Shown piece after piece: positions 38,790 to 49,969 of a stretch of DNA of 64,000 nucleotides (within the stretch, counting starts at the first letter, position 1; every line of letters starts with the position of its first letter). The stretch is taken from assembly GCA_965197475.1 (NCBI GenBank), contig CBDANF010000003.1:2624001-2688000 (forward strand), read 5' to 3'. The notes under the pieces were generated by a model that saw only the letters and a program-made list of their open reading frames with translations, was not told where the DNA came from and did no database searches. Source of the stretch: Candidatus Poribacteria bacterium. Its GTDB lineage: Bacteria; Poribacteria; WGA-4E; WGA-3G. The position numbers were made by a program, and so were the translations under genes.

Positions 38790-41700
38790 ATGAGGGAACA
38801 TCGTATTTATATCTATCTCATTATACTCCTAATATGTTTCCAGAGTAGCATCACCACCGAGGCTTCAGAACAAACCATCGGTTCATCTCAATCCTATTCA
38901 CCTAACCTCTCATTGATAAACCACACCCCTGGAGAACTCATTGTCCGTTTACATGCAGATACTTCTTTAGTACAGCTCCGCGCATTCAGCAAAAAATTAG
39001 GCGCAAAATCCGTTTCACCTATTTTCCCGCCGACCACACCTGGCGGACAGCACCCATTGCTCAGCCGCAGCTATCTCATACAGTTTCCTACCACTTCGCG
39101 ATTAGAACAATTGCAGCAAAAATATGCGAAACATGCCTTGATTGAAGCTGTTGAAATGAATAGGCTCAATCGGTTCTGTGCAGAGACGACTCCCAACGAC
39201 CCGCGATATAGTGAACAGTGGAATCTGAAGGCAATGAATTTGCCAAAAGCGTGGAGCATAGAACAAGGAAAACGATCTGTTATAGTAGCAGTTGTCGACA
39301 GTGGCATCAAGAGAGATCACCCTGACTTGCGTAATCAACTTTGGCAGAACCCCGCTGAAATCCCATCAAATAACATTGATGACGATATAAACGGTTATAT
39401 TGACGATATAAACGGCTGGGATTTCACCGATGCACCTTCGTTCCCAGGACACGGTGATTGGACAGAACGCGATAACGAACCGGATGATGAAACAGGACAC
39501 GGAACGCATGTTTCTGGCATAATTGCAGCTGAAGCAAATAACGGAGTCGGAATTGCTGGAATTGCTTGGGGATGTTGTCTGATGCCACTACGGGCAGGAT
39601 TCCGTATTGGGGCAGTTGCATTTTTACAAAATGATGATGTCGCTGCAGCCATCGTTTACGCCGCTGATAACGGCGCAGACATCATCAATCTGAGCCTCGG
39701 AGACACAGTAAACGCATTCGTTATTCAAGATGCGGTTGAATACGCTTACAATCGAGGGTGTGTCCTCGTCGGTGCAGCCGGAAACTCACCTGAGCCAGGA
39801 GCGTATTATCCTGCGGCATTGAAAAAAGTTTTATCAGTGGCGGCACTTGATAAAAATCTCCAATTGGGAAATTCCAATTTCGGCGCGTCAATAGATATTG
39901 CTGCACCAGGAGAAGAAATATTAAGCACAGATATTAATACTGATCAATCTTTGCCGCAACGCGGATATGCATACCGATCTGGCACCTCAATGGCAGCAGC
40001 GCATGTTTCTGGTGTCGCAGCACTGTTGATTTCTGCCAATCCATCGTGCACCAACGTCCAAATCCAGCAATGGTTGACAAGTTCAGCAAGGCAACTGTCC
40101 CAAACACATCTTGTTGGCGCAGGTATGGTTGATGCTTATGCAGCATTGACTGAGCAAATCGGACTCATCGCCAATATTGCTGTCACATCGTTGCCACAAA
40201 CAGAAGTATCAGAGAAAAACAGAAAAATTGAGATTATTGGCAGTGCCGGTGGCACAGGATTTCTTCAATACTGGCTTGAATACGGTGCTACCGAAACACC
40301 TGATCTCTGGTTTCCAATTGGGTTTCCACAAACAGAACCGAAATATAACACTGTTCTGCACGAATGGGATACCTCACCGTTGGAAGAAGGTACATACACA
40401 CTGCGACTTAGCGTTAAAAGTCAAGATGGAAAAACTGTGAGAAACAAAGCGGTCGTTGAAATTCGCCATTCGCTTCCCCAAATTTCCAAACATGAGGCAT
40501 CGGTGTGGTTATCAGGAAACCGCTATGATTCAACTATTATCTGGCAAACAGATGTGCTTACTATCGGATCAGTTGAGATTTATCCGAAAACAGGAAATCA
40601 AGCACTAATTTCCAATAATTCCCCGCTACGAGTTGCGCGCTCGGATTCAGTTAACCTGCAACATATCTTTTATCTGTCTGAGTTGGGGCTGCCATCTGGA
40701 GAATATCTATATCGCCTAAAAGCACAGAATCGGACTGGACTCATACTTATTGACGATAATGAAGGTCAATTATACCCGATTACAGTGCGCGATGAACAGA
40801 TTCAACCTTCACATCTACACCAAACAGCATTTGCACAGTTCGGTTTGCACGCTATTATTGCACCTAACGATATAAACGGAAGTGGAAAATTAGAACTTAT
40901 CGGAGTCGAAACCGGCACGACCTCTGCCCATATTTTTGAAATGGACAATAATGGAAATCCTGTCATGATTTCTTCCCTTGATCAATCCATATCACGTTTA
41001 TGGGCTACTGCGGATACAGATGGTGATGGACTCATAGAACTTTTAGGCAATACATCAACAAATACAGAAACGTTTACGTTTTTACTGGAACAACCCGCAC
41101 ATGGAGCATTTCCGACCGTGCTAATCTGGAAAGCAAACGGAGTTTGGGGCGGAACGATTGCAGATATAGATTTAGACGGTAAACCTGAAATTATATCGCG
41201 TCATGATGTCACCAATTCTATCTGGATTCACGAATCTAATGGAAATAATAGTTATGTGAACAATGCAACACTCGAAAATCCAACACAAGGAAAAAACGGA
41301 ATCGGAACAAGGTTTGCAATAGCTGACTTTGATGCTGATGGACAGATAGAAATTTTATCCGGAGACAGTGAAGGAGAAATATTTATCTATGAAAATGTGG
41401 GAAATGATCAATATCAACAAACATGGATAGGCATCCTACCCAAGGGGATACCACACCTTTTTGCCGCTGGGGATATGGATGGGGATGGGACCCCAGAATT
41501 TGCTGTAGGCGCGAAGGTCTGGACAACGGAATTAGATCTTCCCCGCCAACACTGGCTTTTTACAATTTACACATCAAACGGTAACAATTCTTACCGCGCA
41601 GTGTGGCATCAACGTATTCGCGAACTGCAAGATGGAGAAAGTGGACTAACTATTGCAGACGCTAACAATGATGGTAGAAATGAATTGTGCATTGCTGTTT

Positions 41701-42782
41701 CACCAAACTTCTATCTCGTGCAATACGATGGAAGTGCCTACCGACCTATTTGGCACCATCCCGCATCCAGCACATTCAATCCAATTGTTGCTGATATTGA
41801 TAACGATGGCACTAATGAGTTGATGTTTAATAGCGAGAACGTTTTTACTGTTTTTAAGAGTCCTCACACTATTGGAACACTAAAACGACTAACGCCATCC
41901 TGGGGTATTACTGCAAAACCGTTAGACGAAACATCAATCTCCCTGCAGTGGCAGGCAGACCAGAATGCAGTTGCATATACAATCTATCGCGGCCAAACTA
42001 AGGAATCGTTGAAACCTATTCGCAACGGTATTCAAGAAAAACTTTTTACAGATGTAAGACTCGCAACAGGGCAAACCTATTGGTACGCTATAGCATCACA
42101 AAGTTCAAGCGGAGAAGTTTCAAATTTATCCGCATCGGTATCTGTCATGCCGACCGCTCCTCCGCAACTGATTTCAGCAGTACATTCTCCTCCACATCAA
42201 CTTCTGATAACGTTTGATAAACCAATGGGTATTTCCGCATCAATCCCTTCGCGCTATCAGCTGCACCGACAAAAAAAGCAGAACGGAAGCGGCACGCAGA
42301 AGGAGGAACAATCAAGCGGAACAAAAGTTAGCAGCGTGCAAAATTATGTGCCGCAATCTGCTATTTTTGATAGGTCACGCAAAAGAGTTGTGTTAACGTT
42401 TCTCGCTGACGTATTTGATACAGATAACCAGTATGAGATTGAAACTTTCCAACTTTCTGACATATACGGTGCAGACATTCCTGAAGATGGAAAGACATTA
42501 CCAGTAGAATATCTGACACAGTCCCACTCAGATGTTATCGTCTATCCAAATCCAGCGAGAGGCAATCAGATTACGTTTGATAGATTACCTGCTGGAAGCC
42601 GAATTAATGTCTACGATGTCAGTGGCAACCACATTGCATGCCTTGTTCCAACAGAAGATGCGGCTGCAGGAAATAAATGCAGACAAATTTGGTCATTAGC
42701 AGGTGTCAGTAGCGGTGTCTATATCTATGTGCTTGAAGCGGAAATGGGGCGACAAGTAGGCAAGCTTTCCGTTATCCGATAA
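38790..42782 (+). CDS. Secreted subtilisin-like S8 serine peptidase with FG-GAP repeats, FN3 and C-terminal sorting-like domain
   Basis: Catalytic triad VAVVDSG / GHGTHVSG / SGTSMAA; multiple DxDGDGxxE motifs; VYPNP...SSGVYIY at the C-terminus. Start uncertain. Confidence 0.92.
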   Translation: MREHRIYIYLIILLICFQSSITTEASEQTIGSSQSYSPNLSLINHTPGELIVRLHADTSLVQLRAFSKKLGAKSVSPIFPPTTPGGQHPLLSRSYLIQFPTTSRLEQLQQKYAKHALIEAVEMNRLNRFCAETTPNDPRYSEQWNLKAMNLPKAWSIEQGKRSVIVAVVDSGIKRDHPDLRNQLWQNPAEIPSNNIDDDINGYIDDINGWDFTDAPSFPGHGDWTERDNEPDDETGHGTHVSGIIAAEANNGVGIAGIAWGCCLMPLRAGFRIGAVAFLQNDDVAAAIVYAADNGADIINLSLGDTVNAFVIQDAVEYAYNRGCVLVGAAGNSPEPGAYYPAALKKVLSVAALDKNLQLGNSNFGASIDIAAPGEEILSTDINTDQSLPQRGYAYRSGTSMAAAHVSGVAALLISANPSCTNVQIQQWLTSSARQLSQTHLVGAGMVDAYAALTEQIGLIANIAVTSLPQTEVSEKNRKIEIIGSAGGTGFLQYWLEYGATETPDLWFPIGFPQTEPKYNTVLHEWDTSPLEEGTYTLRLSVKSQDGKTVRNKAVVEIRHSLPQISKHEASVWLSGNRYDSTIIWQTDVLTIGSVEIYPKTGNQALISNNSPLRVARSDSVNLQHIFYLSELGLPSGEYLYRLKAQNRTGLILIDDNEGQLYPITVRDEQIQPSHLHQTAFAQFGLHAIIAPNDINGSGKLELIGVETGTTSAHIFEMDNNGNPVMISSLDQSISRLWATADTDGDGLIELLGNTSTNTETFTFLLEQPAHGAFPTVLIWKANGVWGGTIADIDLDGKPEIISRHDVTNSIWIHESNGNNSYVNNATLENPTQGKNGIGTRFAIADFDADGQIEILSGDSEGEIFIYENVGNDQYQQTWIGILPKGIPHLFAAGDMDGDGTPEFAVGAKVWTTELDLPRQHWLFTIYTSNGNNSYRAVWHQRIRELQDGESGLTIADANNDGRNELCIAVSPNFYLVQYDGSAYRPIWHHPASSTFNPIVADIDNDGTNELMFNSENVFTVFKSPHTIGTLKRLTPSWGITAKPLDETSISLQWQADQNAVAYTIYRGQTKESLKPIRNGIQEKLFTDVRLATGQTYWYAIASQSSSGEVSNLSASVSVMPTAPPQLISAVHSPPHQLLITFDKPMGISASIPSRYQLHRQKKQNGSGTQKEEQSSGTKVSSVQNYVPQSAIFDRSRKRVVLTFLADVFDTDNQYEIETFQLSDIYGADIPEDGKTLPVEYLTQSHSDVIVYPNPARGNQITFDRLPAGSRINVYDVSGNHIACLVPTEDAAAGNKCRQIWSLAGVSSGVYIYVLEAEMGRQVGKLSVIR

Positions 42783-42806
42783 GATTTATAGTCGGTCTTC
42801 CAAATC

Positions 42807-43000
42807 GTGGGAGGGTTTGTAAACTTGATTTATAATGCTCCTCTTTCTTGTGGGAGGGATTCCTAAGCCCGACCTCTTCTGTAGGAGTGACCCGACAAAT
42901 CATGCAGAATACCACACGCGTATTCTGCCACGCGCATTTGACGTTGATTCACCGGTCGCGACATACCCCAATGCTGCAAATCTGAAAATCCTGGTTCAGA
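42807..43000 (+). repeat. Cluster of REP-like repeats similar to 38495-38706
   Basis: Two gtgggaggg copies; cttctgtaggag; acgcgcatttgacgttgattc; tgaaaatcctggttcaga. Confidence 0.75.
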
Positions 43001-43041
43001 ACTATAAACGGAGAGACAATCTGAAACGCTATACATCCAGA

Positions 43042-44940
43042 TTATCTCTTGACCCCGCGTAGGCGAAGAAGTGAAGCATTGAACCGAGCAAGCTTCTGAG
43101 AATCTGTCTCATAAATGTAAGATAGCATCCTTGAAATATCCTGACGTGATCTCCTTTTTCGGTGCGTCTTCTTTATGAAATCCTTATGCACAACTTCAAG
43201 TGTTTTATCCGGGTGTGCAGATTTTTGAGCAATCTCCGTTAGATGATAGAGAGCAGGAACATAATCGCTCTGAAGTCGAATAGCTTGTGCCAAGACGTTT
43301 GTAGCCTTGTTTAATCGTCCGCTTTTGCCGAGAATCCATCCCAACGTGTCTTGATGAGACGCAACATCCGGATTGAGCCTTACGGCAGCATAAGCTAAGG
43401 CTTCCGCGAGGAGGTGTTTCTGCTGATACCCATCCGAGTAGAGTTGTGCAAGATTGCTGTAAGTCTCCGCTTCCTCTGGCGCAATTTTTATTGCGGCTTC
43501 ATACGCACGTAGTGCTTTGTAAAGATGTCCGAGATGTTTGTAAGCAATTCCAAGAATATTATAAGTTTTATAATCAGATGAATTCTGCTGGTCCTTACTG
43601 GGTCCATCAGATGGATACGCCGCCTCAGCAACAAAGGGTTGATAAGGTTGAATTCTCCGTAATTGTAAATAGAATTCATAAGCTTCCACAGCAAGCGCAT
43701 ACTGTTTTTCCTGAAAATAGGCAAACCCTAAATTCTTATATAAATCCTTAAATAATTCAGGCTCAATCGAATCAACACCTCGAATAAATTCAAGTGCTTC
43801 AATGGCACTGCGATAGTCTGCTTGCTGGATGAAAAACTTTCCCGCCGCAAGATAGTCTTCAGGGTTATCCAATTGCACGATCTCAGCATTGGGAAGATAC
43901 GGAGAGCGAGGTCGCCGTTGAACTTGCGAATATACTAATGCAATCGTTGAAGCAACCAATAAACAAAATAGGACAAGATAGAGACGTGTACGTGAGACCC
44001 ATCGCTTTGAGAGATACACGGTAGGTCGTAACATCATAGCGAAGGTGCTCGGCTTATAATTTTGCTCCTCCTGTTCATAAATAACAACCGAAGTATTTGG
44101 AACAAGGACCGGTAGCGCGGGGGCAGACACAAGTCTTGTCCGCGGTTTTTCTCCAGATGCCGAATCCGTTGGAGGATTAGTTTCATCTTGAGTGTCAGTT
44201 TCAACGGGTTGCGGTACCACTACAGCATCTGATGATTCTTCAGATACTGTAGTGTCCGACGATTCATCTTGTTTGACTGTTAAATCAATTATCGGTGCTT
44301 CAATGTCATCGGGAGGGGTATCTTCTTCAATAATAACCGAGAATTCGGATGAAGTTTCGGCTTTTTCGTCAGAATTTGCCGACAAATCATCAGGATTGTC
44401 TTCACTTTCAACACTTTCGTTCGTAGTTTCCTGACTCAACTCCGGTTCTTCCACTTCCAATTGCAGGGGATCAGTAAAATCTGGAGTATTTGTCAGATCG
44501 GAAAAAGTATCGTCAATTTCTTCTATTGTTTCAGCAGTTCCTATATCAGGATGCCTTGCATTAATCAGGTCTATACTTTTCTGACTTTCCCTACGAGTTA
44601 ACGGCGAAATCTCTGTACTTAAAAGGGATTCCAATGTAGACAGTGCCGACGCTGTTCCAATGTTTCCAAGTGCCTCAATTAAAGTCCACCGAGTTAAATC
44701 GCTGTCCTCCTTTTTTAAGGCATCCACAAGTGCGGGCGTTGCTTCAGAAAAATTGGATTGCTGAAGAGCGTTCGCTGCTTCGCGCCGCACACTAGGAGCA
44801 ACATCAGACAATGCTTTCAAGAGAAAAGGTAAAGCTTGTGCACCACCTACCTCAACAATTTCTATAACCGCTGCCCTTCGAGTTGCTATAGGCTGCGACA
44901 TATCTGATAAATTTTGTGTGAGTTGTTCAAAAGATGCCAT
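43042..44940 (-). CDS. Bitopic membrane protein: HEAT repeats, acidic linker, TM helix, TPR repeats
   Basis: VRREAANAL/LIEALGNIG HEAT motifs; long D/E/S/T-rich linker; LYLVLFCLLVASTIALVY TM helix; TPR motifs YNILGIAY and DTLGWIL. Confidence 0.82.
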   Translation of the reverse strand: MASFEQLTQNLSDMSQPIATRRAAVIEIVEVGGAQALPFLLKALSDVAPSVRREAANALQQSNFSEATPALVDALKKEDSDLTRWTLIEALGNIGTASALSTLESLLSTEISPLTRRESQKSIDLINARHPDIGTAETIEEIDDTFSDLTNTPDFTDPLQLEVEEPELSQETTNESVESEDNPDDLSANSDEKAETSSEFSVIIEEDTPPDDIEAPIIDLTVKQDESSDTTVSEESSDAVVVPQPVETDTQDETNPPTDSASGEKPRTRLVSAPALPVLVPNTSVVIYEQEEQNYKPSTFAMMLRPTVYLSKRWVSRTRLYLVLFCLLVASTIALVYSQVQRRPRSPYLPNAEIVQLDNPEDYLAAGKFFIQQADYRSAIEALEFIRGVDSIEPELFKDLYKNLGFAYFQEKQYALAVEAYEFYLQLRRIQPYQPFVAEAAYPSDGPSKDQQNSSDYKTYNILGIAYKHLGHLYKALRAYEAAIKIAPEEAETYSNLAQLYSDGYQQKHLLAEALAYAAVRLNPDVASHQDTLGWILGKSGRLNKATNVLAQAIRLQSDYVPALYHLTEIAQKSAHPDKTLEVVHKDFIKKTHRKRRSRQDISRMLSYIYETDSQKLARFNASLLRLRGVKR

Positions 44941-45228
44941 AATCCATCTACGGATATACTTTTTCGCGTATCCGTTTCTCCGGCATTAAAAATGAGCGTG
45001 TATTAGCACTGAACGATTCTATCTTACGATAAAATCGTTCTTACATCTATTAGGATCTATGATAAAAGTAGATTCGTTTGAAATAGATCGGCACATTACA
45101 AATCTTACTATCTTGAACGAACTATTCCTTATCAAGATGCTGCACACGATATGAAATCTGTGTAAACTTTACCATTAATAAAACGATTTCTTATTGGAAA
45201 GGATACATTTGCCAACACCATCTGTCAG

Positions 45229-45401
45229 TTCGTAGGTTGGACAGAGCGTAACGAAACCCTTATGTGTCATACGCACTTAACATTGTAGGTCGGGGTCCCC
45301 GTGCCCAGATAGAAGTACCAGTTGTGCGGAAGGTGTATAGAACACACACTACCCAAAAACAAGCCCAGCGGGGCGAAAGGTGTAAATTACCAAATGGACT
45401 T
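45229..45401 (+). repeat. REP-like composite cluster
   Basis: ttcgtaggttggacagagcgtaacgaaacccttatgtgtca and gtag...ggtccccgtgcc both recur at 63015-63108; cccagcggggcgaaa recurs at 51568. Confidence 0.75.
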
Positions 45402-45451
45402 CAACTTAAACTTTTGACAAAATATTTACACCTCTCAAGTTAATAATTGAC

Positions 45452-45480
45452 TTGACATTTCTCAAAAAAACCTATATCAT
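45452..45480 (+). promoter_or_regulatory. Sigma70-type promoter
   Basis: TTGACA-17 bp-TATCAT. Confidence 0.65.
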
Positions 45481-45512
45481 GAAACAAATCTTTTAGATCA
45501 TTGGAGTAGTTT

Positions 45513-47171
45513 ATGAGAATAAAGTTTTTTAAATGTTTTTTCAATCAAGATGTTAAAAAAATTGGCATCATTCCTTTCTTATTATCAAACTTTTCACTGT
45601 TAATTTTCCTGTTAATAACACTGACATTACCAATAGTTTCCATATCTTTGCCAGCAGATGCTGATTCTCACGCAACGGGAGGCACGTTAATTTTTGGACG
45701 TGGTGGCGACTCTGTCGGATTAGACCCAGCTCTTGAAGAAGATGGAGAATCCTTCAAAGTTTGCGATAACATCTACGATACCCTTGTCCAATATAAAGAC
45801 GGGAGTACTGAACTTGAACCGGGACTCGCAAAAAGTTGGGAAAGTTCAGAGGACGGTTTGACATGGACTTTTTTCCTGCGAGAAGGCGTAGCCTTCCATG
45901 ATGGAACCCCCTTTAATGCTGAAGCCGTTCTTTTTTCACTTAACCGACAGCACGATAAAACACACCCTTTTCATAACGTTAGTGGCAGCTATGTTTATTG
46001 GGTTGCTACCGGGTTGGCAGAAATAGTGGACAAAATTACCGCTGTTGACGAGTTTACCGTCCAAATCCAACTTAAAACAGCGTATGCCCCCTTTATCTAT
46101 ACGATTGCAATTACTCCATTTTCCATTGTCAGTCCAACGGCAGTGAAAAAATCGGGTGATGAGTATTTCAATAACCCCGTTGGCACCGGTCCTTTCAAAT
46201 TTGACCGTTGGGATAAGAAGGATAAAATCGTGCTTGAGGCAAATGATAACTATTGGGGCGGACGGCCAAGTTTGGATCGGGTAATCTTTCGTTCTATTCC
46301 TGACAACTCTGTGAGGCTTATTGAACTTCAACAAGGGGGTCTCCATGCGATGGAGTTCCCAAATCCAGACGATTTGGAACAAATTCGGGATGATGAGACG
46401 CTTGAGTTGCTGTCTCAACCGGGCATGAGTATCGGTTATTTGGCGATGAATATGGACAAAGCTCCGTTTGATAACCACAAAGTGAGACTCGCGATTAATC
46501 ATGCCATAAATAAATCAGCGATTATTGAGCATCTGTATCAAGGTCTCGGCATTCCTGCGAAAAACCCTATTCCACCAACTTTATGGAGTTATGACGACAC
46601 AATTGAGGATTACGCTTACGATCCTAAATTGGCAAAAAAACTTCTCAATGAGGCAGGATACGCCGACGGTTTTGAAACCACACTTTGGGCACTCCCTGTT
46701 CCGCGTCCCTATATTCCTGATGGACGTGCACTTGCAGAAGTTATCCAATCTGAACTCCGAAATATTGGAATTCGAACAAAAATCGTCACTTACGATTGGG
46801 GCACCTACCTTGAAAAAACGAAAAATGGGGAACATGATATGGCAATGTTAGGCTGGAGTGCCGACCTCGGTGACCCAGATAACTTCTTCTATTTTCTCTT
46901 GAGTAAATCTTCAGCAGAAAAGCCCGCGGGCAATATCGCGTTTTATCGAAGCGATGCAATGCAAGATGTTTTAGAGCAGGCAAGAGCTACCTCCGATAAA
47001 GAGAAGCGAATATCGCTCTATAAAAAAGCACAGCAGATATTCCACAAAGATGTTCCATGGGTACCTTTGGCACACGCAAAACAGATTTTAGTCGTTAACA
47101 AAAAGGTGAAAAACCTTAAACTTCATCCGTTGAATTGGAAATACTTCCGCAATGTTTCACTGGGAAGGTAA
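45513..47171 (+). CDS. ABC transporter substrate-binding protein, family 5 (DppA-like)
   Basis: LDPA, PGLAKSWE.SEDGLTWTF.LREGV.FHDGTPFNAEAV, PVGTGPFKF and RPY.P motifs. Confidence 0.93.
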   Translation: MRIKFFKCFFNQDVKKIGIIPFLLSNFSLLIFLLITLTLPIVSISLPADADSHATGGTLIFGRGGDSVGLDPALEEDGESFKVCDNIYDTLVQYKDGSTELEPGLAKSWESSEDGLTWTFFLREGVAFHDGTPFNAEAVLFSLNRQHDKTHPFHNVSGSYVYWVATGLAEIVDKITAVDEFTVQIQLKTAYAPFIYTIAITPFSIVSPTAVKKSGDEYFNNPVGTGPFKFDRWDKKDKIVLEANDNYWGGRPSLDRVIFRSIPDNSVRLIELQQGGLHAMEFPNPDDLEQIRDDETLELLSQPGMSIGYLAMNMDKAPFDNHKVRLAINHAINKSAIIEHLYQGLGIPAKNPIPPTLWSYDDTIEDYAYDPKLAKKLLNEAGYADGFETTLWALPVPRPYIPDGRALAEVIQSELRNIGIRTKIVTYDWGTYLEKTKNGEHDMAMLGWSADLGDPDNFFYFLLSKSSAEKPAGNIAFYRSDAMQDVLEQARATSDKEKRISLYKKAQQIFHKDVPWVPLAHAKQILVVNKKVKNLKLHPLNWKYFRNVSLGR

Positions 47172-47172
47172 T

Positions 47173-48889
47173 ATGAATAAAGTAATTTTTGTAGCAATAG
47201 TTCTCGTTTTTTCACTCCTGCTATTAACAGGAATTAATGCACAAAACGGAACCGTCACAGGTGACTTCAACGGTGATGGTGTCGTGAACATCCATGATTT
47301 GATCTATGTGGCTTCAAATTTTGGCGAAAATTTTGACCCAGCGCAGGAACCAAGCCCTGATGTCAACGGTGACGGCATCGTCAACATCAGAGACTTAATC
47401 ATCGTTGCCAGTATGTTTGGCGATAGCGCATTCGAAATGAGTACTCTGATTTTTGGACGGGGTGGTGATTCTATTACGCTTGACCCATCACAGATGCTTG
47501 ACGGGGAATCAGCGAAAGTTTGTGATATGGTCTACGATACACTTGTCCAATATAGGGGTAACACAACCGATATTGAACCCGCTGTAGCGGAAATGTGGGA
47601 AAGTTCTGCAGATGGGTTAAAGTGGACTTTTCACTTACGACAAGGAGTCGAATTCCACGATGGCACTCCGTTAAACGCTAATGCAGTCGTCTTTTCATTG
47701 ACTCGCCCAAATGCACTGTCCCGTAATTTTTACGAAGAATTTATAGATCGGATTACTGTGTTAGATGATTTTACCGTTCAGATTGCTCTCAAAACACCGT
47801 ATGCTCCTTTTCTCAGCACAATGGCTTCTTCTGAAAATGCTATTGTGAGTCCGGCAGCAGTTGCACACTTTGGTGAAAATTTTGGTGACAATCTTGTAGG
47901 AACAGGACCTTTCAAGTTTGTCCAATGGGATAGGAATGATCAAATTTTGCTTACCGCAAACGATACACATTGGGCAGGGAAACCAGCAATTGATAAACTG
48001 ATCTTCCGTTCTATTCCTGATAATGCTGACCGATTAATGGAACTCCAGCAAAGCAATCTTCATGCGATGGAATTTCCAAACCCTGATGAATTGGCAATGA
48101 TTCGCGGGAATGCAAGACTTGAACTCTTAATGCAACCCAGTCTCAATGTTGGATATCTAGCGATGAACCTGGAAAAACCACCGTTTGATAATCTGAAGGT
48201 TCGGCTTGCAATTAACCATGCGATCAATAAAACCGAGATAATTGAACGTCTGTATCAAGGTACTGGTATTCCGGCGAAGAATCCAATTCCCCCAACATTA
48301 TGGAGTTACGATGAAATCGAAGATTACGCCTACGATCCAGAACTCGCCAAACAACTTCTTGCAGAAGCAGGTTACCCTGATGGATTTGAGACAACCCTAT
48401 GGGCGTTGCCCATTCCACGTCCCTACATCCCTGACGGGCAAGCACTCGCAGAGGCATTGCAATCTGACCTCCGAAACATCGGCATTGAGGCAAAAATCGT
48501 TACTTTTGACTGGCAGACCTATATTGAAAAGACGGAAAACGGTGAACACGGATATGGCAATGCTTGGTTGGAGTGCTGGCGGAGATCCTGATAATTTTCT
48601 CTACTATCTTTTGAGTAAAACCACAGCACAGAAGCCTGCTGCGCTGAATATAGCTTTCTATCAAAGCGATGAGATGCAGGATGTTCTGGAACGTGCAAGG
48701 ATGAGCACAGATCGAAATGAACGCATTGAACTTTATCAGCAAGCACAAGCGATTTTCCATAGAGATGTCCCATGGGTTCCGCTGGCACATGCACAAAGAC
48801 TCTTGGTCATTGACAGAAGCGTTCAAAATCTCAAACTTGCTCCTGTGGGATGGAGATATCTCCGTAGTGTATCGCTTGCATCAGAATAA
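47173..48889 (+). pseudogene. Dockerin-like + DppA-like substrate-binding protein interrupted by a +1 frameshift near 48550
   Basis: ORFs 47152-48591 and 48242-48889 together match the upstream paralog; 'gaa cac g gat atg gca' versus 'gaa cat gat atg gca'. Confidence 0.85.
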
Positions 48890-48934
48890 GCCCGTTTTTT
48901 CCAAGTACATACAGAGAATGGATAGGAATCGTAA

Positions 48935-49960
48935 ATGGACAAATCCAAATTTCGCGTGGGTGTCACCCGTGACTTCCTGAAACCTGACGGAAGTTCTGAT
49001 TTAGACAACATTGCCGGTCCGCTGTTTGATAAAGCAGGGCTGTACTGGGAATATATTGCAGAAAATAGGTCCGCATTGACTGCTGCACAGGTGCAAGATT
49101 ATGACGCGCTTTTGGTATTAGGCGCGGGCATCACGGCAGATACGTTCATAGATGTCAATAGGTTGGCTATCATCGCACGGTTTGGTGTAGGATATGATAA
49201 GGTAGACGTGCAAGCCTGCACCGAAAACGGGGTACTACTGACAATCGCACCGGATGGAGTTCGCAGACCCGTTGCTACCTCTATCCTCACTTTTGTCTTA
49301 TCCTTGAGCCATCAGTTGTTGATAAAAGATCGACTTACCCGAGCTGGCAGATGGACAGATACCAAAGACTTTATGGGCATGGGTTTAGTCGGAAGAACGC
49401 TCGGTCTCGTCGGGATGGGCAATATCGGAAAAGAGACATTTAAACTGGTAAAACCCTTCGGCATGCGTCATATTACCTTCGATCCATACATCACACCTGC
49501 TGACGCTGCTGAAGTCGATGCAGAAATAGTAGACTTGGATACCCTGATGCGAACTGCTGATTTTGTCTGTGTTTGCTGCCCGTTGAGCGAAGAAACACGA
49601 GGACTTATTGATGCAAGATGTATCGGACTGATGAAACCGACAGCATACCTGATTAACACCGCACGCGGTCCGATTGTTGACCAGAAGGCACTCACTGGTG
49701 CACTTCAAAACGGACGTATCCAAGGAGCAGGTCTTGATGTCTTTGAACAGGAGCCGATTAACGATGACGATCCGCTTTTAAGTCTGGACAACGTTATCGT
49801 TACGCCACACAGCATCTGCTGGACAGATGAGTGTTTTGAAGGCAACGGTAGGAGCGCGTGTAAAAGCATTATCAGCGTGGCTTCTGGGCAAATGCCAACA
49901 TGGATTGTGAACCGAGATGTTATAGATAGCCCAATACTGCTAAAAAAGTTGGCGCGATAA
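48935..49960 (+). CDS. D-isomer-specific 2-hydroxyacid dehydrogenase
   Basis: RFGVGYD.VD, GLVGMGNIG, LINTARG, GAGLDVFEQEP and TPH motifs. Confidence 0.93.
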   Translation: MDKSKFRVGVTRDFLKPDGSSDLDNIAGPLFDKAGLYWEYIAENRSALTAAQVQDYDALLVLGAGITADTFIDVNRLAIIARFGVGYDKVDVQACTENGVLLTIAPDGVRRPVATSILTFVLSLSHQLLIKDRLTRAGRWTDTKDFMGMGLVGRTLGLVGMGNIGKETFKLVKPFGMRHITFDPYITPADAAEVDAEIVDLDTLMRTADFVCVCCPLSEETRGLIDARCIGLMKPTAYLINTARGPIVDQKALTGALQNGRIQGAGLDVFEQEPINDDDPLLSLDNVIVTPHSICWTDECFEGNGRSACKSIISVASGQMPTWIVNRDVIDSPILLKKLAR

Positions 49961-49969
49961 AGTTTCCCC

